The notes under the pieces: model-generated
Seen by the model: the letters and a program-made list of their open reading frames with translations, nothing else
What the model was told of the DNA's origin: nothing
The model's database searches: none
Made by a program: the position numbers and the translations under genes
Shown: positions 59,243-64,000 of the stretch, one piece after another
Layout of the letters: every line of letters starts with the position of its first letter
Numbering within the stretch: the first letter of the stretch is position 1
Source: Microgenomates group bacterium Gr01-1014_5
GTDB taxonomy: Bacteria > Patescibacteriota > Microgenomatia > UBA8517 > UBA10165
Direction of reading: 5' to 3'
DNA: 64,000 nt
Assembly (NCBI GenBank): GCA_007376395.1
Contig: VMGE01000004.1
Location: forward strand, 70,431-134,430

Positions 59243-59326
59243 ATTACTAATTAACCTAATTAACCTAATGACCAAATTATTTTAGGATTTAGAAATTAGA
59301 AATTAGAATTTGGAGCAAAGCGACTT
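59243..59326 (+). repeat. AT-rich tandem repeats (CTAATTAAC x2.5; GAAATTA x3) upstream of pilM
   Basis: ctaattaacctaattaacctaat ... gaaattagaaattagaattt. Confidence 0.7.
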
Positions 59327-60355
59327 ATGCCTGCCTTTGGTTTAGATATTGGTACTACTTCTATTAAAGCTGTTCAGCTTGACAAACAAGGTGAAAATTT
59401 TAGCCTGCTCGCCGCGGGAATTACCCCTACTCCGACTCGCGGGATGGAAACTGAAAATCAAAAAGACCTGGAAGCTGTTGCTGTGGCAGTGAAAAAGTTG
59501 ATTACCGACACCAAGATTACAAGCCGTGATGTCGCAATTTCTCTACCAGAGTCAAAGGTTTATACACGGCTGATTAGCCTTCCTCTTTTGACTGACGAAG
59601 AGGTGTCATCGGCAATTGCTTGGCAAGCAGAGCCTTATATTCCAATTCCTGTAGCGGAAGCAAGTCTTGACTACCAAATCGTGGGAAGAACAGAAGCTGT
59701 TCAAGGAAAGCCGGGAAAGACAGATGTTTTATTAATAGCCGCATCTAAAGCTTTAATTAAACAATATTTAGATGTTTGCAGTATTGCCGGTCTAAACGTG
59801 GTTCATGTGATGAGTGAATTATTGGCGTTAACCAGCGCCCTTGCAACCGATAAACAGACAGTACTTTTGGCAGATATCGGGTCAACTTCAACCGACTTTG
59901 CCATTGTCCGTTCAGGGCAACTTTTAGTCAGCCGTTCAGTGGCAACAGGAGGCAATGTTCTTACGCGCGCGGTTTCTGCCGGGTTATCGGTAGACACGCA
60001 AAGAGCAGAAGAATACAAAAAGTCTTATGGATTAAACGCGAGTTTTCTTGAAGGAAGAGTAAAGGCGTCAGTCGAGCCTGCTTTCAGAGTGATTGTTGAG
60101 GAGGCTAAAAAGACAATCCAATATTACCGTTCTGAAATCGGTCGGGACGATCAAGTATCATCCATGATTTTGTCGGGCGGTACGGCAGGAATTCCTGACA
60201 GCACGTCCTATATCGCGAACGCTCTCGGGATTGAAGTCTTGGTGGGTGATCCGTTTGCGGGTATTGCCAAGAACGAACAAACCGCAAAGTCCCTTGCTTC
60301 CTGGGCGCCTTTGTACGGAATTTCAGTGGGGCTTGCCAAATACTCATACACCTAA
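59327..60355 (+). CDS. pilM: Type IV pilus assembly protein PilM (actin-like ATPase)
   Basis: FGLDIGTTSIKAVQL, DIGSTSTDFAIV actin-fold phosphate motifs. Confidence 0.85.
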   Translation: MPAFGLDIGTTSIKAVQLDKQGENFSLLAAGITPTPTRGMETENQKDLEAVAVAVKKLITDTKITSRDVAISLPESKVYTRLISLPLLTDEEVSSAIAWQAEPYIPIPVAEASLDYQIVGRTEAVQGKPGKTDVLLIAASKALIKQYLDVCSIAGLNVVHVMSELLALTSALATDKQTVLLADIGSTSTDFAIVRSGQLLVSRSVATGGNVLTRAVSAGLSVDTQRAEEYKKSYGLNASFLEGRVKASVEPAFRVIVEEAKKTIQYYRSEIGRDDQVSSMILSGGTAGIPDSTSYIANALGIEVLVGDPFAGIAKNEQTAKSLASWAPLYGISVGLAKYSYT

Positions 60356-60876
60356 TGCAACCATCTAAACAGAAAATTAATCTTTTACAGCAGGATCTGG
60401 TTGTCGCAACCAGGTTTCGGCACCTGGGCAAGATTAGCTTAATAACCACAGGTGTTTATGTCTTTATTGTCATGGGTCTTTTTTCGGTACTTTTTCTTAC
60501 ATCACGCCAGAAAAATAGCTTAGAAACACTTGCGGCTGGTTTGACCCGGGACGTCCAGTCTCTAAAAGAGACAGAGGGATTGCTTGTTACTCTCAAAAAC
60601 CGCCTCGGCCTTTCTAAATTAATTTTGGGAGCTGCGGCTCCCACTCCTTCAGAGTTTATCGAGAAGCAAATAAAATCTCTACCAGAAGGGGTGGAGGTTA
60701 CCTCGTTTAAAGCTCAGGAAGACGGAACAATCACCCTCTCTCTCAGAGCGCAAAACTCTCTCAGTATTATAAAATTCATCAACACGCTAAAAGAGCAAAA
60801 TCCCGTAACCGTTGTACTCAACTCCCTGATTCAACTTGAGGATGGAACTTATTCTCTATCCGTAAACGTCAAATGA
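60355..60876 (+). CDS. pilN: PilN-like bitopic inner-membrane protein
   Basis: INLLQQD, single TM, position after pilM, 4-nt overlap. Confidence 0.6.
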   Translation: MQPSKQKINLLQQDLVVATRFRHLGKISLITTGVYVFIVMGLFSVLFLTSRQKNSLETLAAGLTRDVQSLKETEGLLVTLKNRLGLSKLILGAAAPTPSEFIEKQIKSLPEGVEVTSFKAQEDGTITLSLRAQNSLSIIKFINTLKEQNPVTVVLNSLIQLEDGTYSLSVNVK

Positions 60877-61565
60877 TTACCAGTATTATTGCTAAAATAC
60901 CGCTTGCTTACAGATCTTTTATTTTGCCTGCGTTGGTATTGGTTTCCATTCTTGCTTTTAGTTTGACCATAGGACGCGCTGTTTGGGAAAAAATCGTGCA
61001 GGAAAGAGGAGTAGTTTCCGCTTTACAAACAGACAACGCAAAACTTTTAGCAAAAAAAGAAATGCTGGCAAGCCAGGACAATAAAACTCTTTTAATAAAA
61101 ACCCAAGCTGCGGTTGACGCAATCCCGGCAGAAATTCCGGCACTTCCAACTCTTGCCTCTCTCAATTTTTTAGCAACTCAGACAGGCGTTACGGTGACAG
61201 ATTTTAGAATAACAGAACGCAAAGATAAAAAAAGTGAAACAAGTTATTTAGAAATGGTCGTCAATTTTGAGGGAATAACAACTTCTTCTTTAACTTTTCT
61301 CAATGAGTTGAAAAACATGGCTCCCTTGGTAAAGGTAATCGAAATCGCGTCAACTGTTCAGGCAGAAACTGCGCGTTCTAAAGTAACTCTCAACTCAATT
61401 TGGTCGCCTTTGCCGAAAGATTTAGGGAAACCTAACTCTCCTCTTGAACCGTTATCGAAGGCTGACGAAGAAGTAGCCAATAAATTATTACAGTTGAAAA
61501 AGTCAAAGTCGAAAGTTGCAGAAGGTTCAGTACCTCAGGGGAGAGCCAACCCTTTCGCGCTTTGA
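60873..61565 (+). CDS. pilO: PilO-like bitopic inner-membrane protein
   Basis: Single TM then coiled coil, follows pilN with 4-nt overlap. Confidence 0.5.
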   Translation: MITSIIAKIPLAYRSFILPALVLVSILAFSLTIGRAVWEKIVQERGVVSALQTDNAKLLAKKEMLASQDNKTLLIKTQAAVDAIPAEIPALPTLASLNFLATQTGVTVTDFRITERKDKKSETSYLEMVVNFEGITTSSLTFLNELKNMAPLVKVIEIASTVQAETARSKVTLNSIWSPLPKDLGKPNSPLEPLSKADEEVANKLLQLKKSKSKVAEGSVPQGRANPFAL

Positions 61566-61596
61566 AGAAACGTTTATGTTTATTTTGAAAAAACAC

Positions 61597-61842
61597 TTAT
61601 GTTTGTGCGGCTTCTTTTTCTAATAGATTGATAAAAACCTTCTCTTGGTCAACTATTGCCCGTGCGCGCGCTAAAGCTCTAATGGCGCGTATTGTTTTGC
61701 CTTCCTTGCCGATTAAAATCCCCATAACTTCCTTAGGAGCAACAATTGTGTATGCTTTTGCTCCGTCTTGTTCCTGGACTTGAACTTGTATCTCTTCATT
61801 CTCTGTGAGAGAACGGGAGATGTATTCGAGTAGTTTTTTCAT
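61597..61842 (-). CDS. KH-domain RNA-binding protein (YlqC-like)
   Basis: VMGILIGKEGKTIRAIRALA GXXG KH motif; adjacent to rpsP. Confidence 0.7.
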   Translation of the reverse strand: MKKLLEYISRSLTENEEIQVQVQEQDGAKAYTIVAPKEVMGILIGKEGKTIRAIRALARARAIVDQEKVFINLLEKEAAQT

Positions 61843-61848
61843 ATAGTT

Positions 61849-62076
61849 TTAATTCTCTGAGGTAAATAGTTTGCGGACAGTAGGACTTGGCGCGGCGCCT
61901 CGTGTGATCCAAGAAAGGTAGACGTTATGGTTAGCGACAAGCTGCTTTTCTTTCGGGTGCCAATGTCCGATTTGCGCCACGATTTTTCCGTCGCGTTTAG
62001 AGCGTGTTTCCGTAACAACAATTCTGTAATGCGCGGCGTGTTTTTTACCGGTTCTCGATAAACGAATTTTCAGCAT
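61849..62076 (-). CDS. rpsP: 30S ribosomal protein S16
   Basis: MLKIRLSRTGKKHAAHYRIVV. Confidence 0.9.
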   Translation of the reverse strand: MLKIRLSRTGKKHAAHYRIVVTETRSKRDGKIVAQIGHWHPKEKQLVANHNVYLSWITRGAAPSPTVRKLFTSEN

Positions 62077-62113
62077 ATACTTACGAGTATTTTATCAAAA
62101 ACAGCTTCGAGTT

Positions 62114-62830
62114 TCAAGGAGCGGATTCTTCTTCCCATTTTTTTAGGGCGTTATCGGCAGCATCCTGTGCCGCTTGCTGTTTACTTGAGCCGCGCCCTGC
62201 GGCATAAGGAAGCCGGTTAACAAAGACCTGAATTGTAAATGTTTTAGCGTGATCCGGGCCAACAGACGTCACAGTGCGGTAAACAGGGGCGGCAAACCCG
62301 GCCGCCTGGACATATTCCTGCAAAAGACTCTTGGGATCTTTTAGAGATTTTTTGACAACTTCCGGTATCTTTTCCAGGATGTAGGCGGTTATAAACTTTT
62401 TAGCCTCTGGTAACCCTTGGTCAATGTAAATCGCGCCTACCAGAGCCTCGAAAGTATTGGCTAAAAGACTGGTGCTTTCCCTCCCTTTACTCTTTTCTTC
62501 TCCCCGGGAAAGAAAAAGCAGCGCTCCGAGATTTAAGGCACGGGCTGACGCGGCAAGCGAAAGCGTGTTTACCAGTTTAGACCTCAAAGCTGTTAAGTGC
62601 CCCTCGTCTTCCCCGGGAAAGCGGTTATAAACATGTTCTGAGACGATAAATTCCAAGATAGCGTCTCCTAAGAACTCTAACCTCTCGTTTGACTCTTTTT
62701 CTTCTGAACTCTCGTTAAGAAAAGATTTATGGATAAAAGCTTGGTGCAGGAGCGCCTTGTTTACAAAATTAACGCCAGTTGTTTGTTCAAGAACAACTTC
62801 TTGAGAATTATTCCAAATCTTCGGGGACAT
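62114..62830 (-). CDS. rnc: Ribonuclease III
   Basis: ERLEFLGDAILEFIVSEHVY catalytic motif, C-terminal dsRBD. Confidence 0.9.
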   Translation of the reverse strand: MSPKIWNNSQEVVLEQTTGVNFVNKALLHQAFIHKSFLNESSEEKESNERLEFLGDAILEFIVSEHVYNRFPGEDEGHLTALRSKLVNTLSLAASARALNLGALLFLSRGEEKSKGRESTSLLANTFEALVGAIYIDQGLPEAKKFITAYILEKIPEVVKKSLKDPKSLLQEYVQAAGFAAPVYRTVTSVGPDHAKTFTIQVFVNRLPYAAGRGSSKQQAAQDAADNALKKWEEESAP

Positions 62831-63047
62831 ATTTACCTATTGTTTCAAATAGTTCTTCCACGGTTTTTGCCTGGGCAGCTTCGTCTGGGTCGATTTCTGT
62901 TTCATACTTTAGGTTGACCGTGGTAACGATTTCTGCAATGTCGGCGGCACTTAGACCTAGATCCTGGCCAAGCGTACTTGTTTCATCGATATCGCGCGGA
63001 TCAATCCCTAAAGATTGAGCGATAATATTGAGTACTTCGTCGTGCAT
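62808..63047 (-). CDS. acpP: Acyl-carrier-protein-like protein
   Basis: Four-helix ACP-like 79 aa, DLGLSAADIAEI around phosphopantetheine site with Ser shifted by one residue; 23-nt overlap with rnc. Confidence 0.6.
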   Translation of the reverse strand: MHDEVLNIIAQSLGIDPRDIDETSTLGQDLGLSAADIAEIVTTVNLKYETEIDPDEAAQAKTVEELFETIGKYVPEDLE

Positions 63048-63049
63048 TT

Positions 63050-63409
63050 TTATTCTAAATTTTCTTCTATAACAACAGTTCCCAGTACTCCGTTGACAAA
63101 AGCCGCTGAACTTTCGCCCCCAAGGCTCTTAGCCAGTTCTACGGCTTCGTCAATAATAACGCGAACCGGCTCCTCTCTGTCAACTAGTAATTCATAAACA
63201 GCAAGTCTAAGAATTGCCAAATCGATTTTATTGAGCTTGGCAAGCGGCCATTCGGGCGCGGTCTTGGCGATTATGGGATCAATTTCTTCCTTTTTCTGCC
63301 AAATTTTTTGAGTTAGGGCAGACAACTCCTGCTTCTGGTTAAAGCTGGCGGCAAATAACTCTTGGATAATAGCTACTCTTTTAGAATGACGGGGATCAGG
63401 AGTTTGCAT
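63050..63409 (-). CDS. nusB: Transcription antitermination factor NusB
   Basis: RRAREAAVQ-like core replaced by KRVAIIQELFA; ILRLAVYELL, VIIDEAVELAK typical NusB helices. Confidence 0.8.
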   Translation of the reverse strand: MQTPDPRHSKRVAIIQELFAASFNQKQELSALTQKIWQKKEEIDPIIAKTAPEWPLAKLNKIDLAILRLAVYELLVDREEPVRVIIDEAVELAKSLGGESSAAFVNGVLGTVVIEENLE

Positions 63410-63560
63410 GATGCCAGCCGCAATGTGAGCAAGTTAAGTGAGGCATTTTTAATTTTTTACAAGACGGACAATTGGCTAAATTCGGGAGAGCAACAGCAAA
63501 TTTGCCTCTTCGCTTTCCGGTTCTTGCACGGGTTGATTTTTTCTTTGGTACTGCTGGCAT
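63396..63560 (-). CDS. rpmF: 50S ribosomal protein L32 (zinc-ribbon type)
   Basis: MPAVPKKKSTRARTGKRR...CPSCKKLKMPHLTCSHCG; start at M13 of ORF. Confidence 0.8.
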   Translation of the reverse strand: MPAVPKKKSTRARTGKRRGKFAVALPNLANCPSCKKLKMPHLTCSHCGWHHANS

Positions 63561-63617
63561 ATAGTGTAGTTTAGCACAGAGTACCCCCGGGCTCAATGAT
63601 TGTTTTTAAACAAGAGG

Positions 63618-64000
63618 TCAGTTTGAAGAGATTTCGGTCTTATCTTTGATGAGTTTTTTGATTTTCGGATGCTTATCTATCTGTTCTATTATTTTTTCGG
63701 CAACTTCGCGCGCCAGTTTAATTAGTTCAAGATCGGAATAAGAACCAACTTTTAATTCTGGGAAGCCGGACTGGGCAGTGCCATAGACCTCGCCAGGACC
63801 TCTTAGTTTTAGGTCGAGATCTGCCAGTTGAGGGCCGGACAGACCCCCCTCTAAAGCTTTTAGGCGTGTATAAACCTTTTGGGATCTGTTCTCGGTAAAA
63901 AGCAGACAATAAGATTGCATTTGGGCTCTGCCCACACGTCCTCTGAGCTGGTGAAGTTGAGCCAAACCGAATCTTTCCGACGCCTCTATCAACATAATTG
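63618..64000 (-). CDS. recG: ATP-dependent DNA helicase RecG, C-terminal part (5' end outside window)
   Basis: LAQLHQLRGRVGRAQMQSYCLL helicase motif VI and RecG C-terminal tail. Confidence 0.8.
   Translation of the reverse strand, partial: IMLIEASERFGLAQLHQLRGRVGRAQMQSYCLLFTENRSQKVYTRLKALEGGLSGPQLADLDLKLRGPGEVYGTAQSGFPELKVGSYSDLELIKLAREVAEKIIEQIDKHPKIKKLIKDKTEISSN

Overview
This 64 kb window reads like a small, reduced bacterial genome, probably Patescibacteria/CPR-like. Evidence: archaeal-type isopentenyl phosphate kinase and SAM synthetase, an H+-pyrophosphatase, and a type IV pilus locus with no secretin. Coordinates for CDS come from the ORF track (stop included). Coordinates for RNA, repeats and regulatory sites were counted by hand and may be off by 1-2 nt.

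Layout of the window:
- 1-12.7 kb, core genes: dnaB 3' part, tRNA-Leu(CAA), efp, DksA/TraR zinc finger, RluA-family pseudouridine synthase, a Kef-type CPA2 antiporter with RCK domain, an LCP cell-wall protein, a TPR protein and YebC.
- 12.7-15.2 kb: a 780-bp AT-rich noncoding stretch, then two genes with extended -10 boxes abutting their ATGs, then a hairpin-rich spacer upstream of xerC.
- 17.2-23.9 kb: gyrA and gyrB on the same strand, separated by a K+-independent H+-pyrophosphatase.
- 24-29 kb: MFS transporter, two SAM methyltransferases, a PaaX/Cas2-fold wHTH protein flanked by perfect CTTGCAATTGCAAG palindromes, a degenerate NUDIX protein and an archaeal-type isopentenyl phosphate kinase.
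- 29.3-33.2 kb: three secreted or surface proteins, one extremely cysteine-rich with low-complexity linkers.
- 33.3-43.5 kb, AT-rich accessory island with small-molecule enzymes: a P-loop kinase/NUDIX pair, a PfkB sugar kinase, a NodU/CmcH-type carbamoyltransferase, a stand-alone alanyl-tRNA synthetase catalytic-core paralog with an N-terminal zinc ribbon, an S51/GATase1-like protein, an amidohydrolase, an archaeal-type SAM synthetase, then cupin, CYTH and NUDIX genes. This looks like a horizontally acquired biosynthetic or tailoring cluster (aminoacyl or carbamoyl nucleoside-like chemistry). It is the most novel-looking system in the window.
- 43.5-47.5 kb: three cohesin-domain surface proteins, one with a tandem dockerin, and a Wzy_C O-antigen-ligase-like protein.
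- 48.9-61.6 kb, type IV pilus locus: pilB, pilT, pilC, a major pilin, pilD, six or seven pilin-like genes and pilM/N/O. There is no pilQ.
- 61.6-64 kb: KH protein, rpsP, rnc, an ACP-like protein, nusB, rpmF and the recG 3' end.

Dispersed small repeats punctuate the intergenic regions:
- a 21-bp palindrome followed by GCACATCGGGA, in two copies;
- a CTTGTTAC-type repeat family;
- AAATTTC/GAAATTA microsatellites upstream of pilus genes, with one (ATTTTCA)x4 copy inside a CDS;
- a ~110-bp TCAG/CTGA-periodic palindrome between pilC and pilA.
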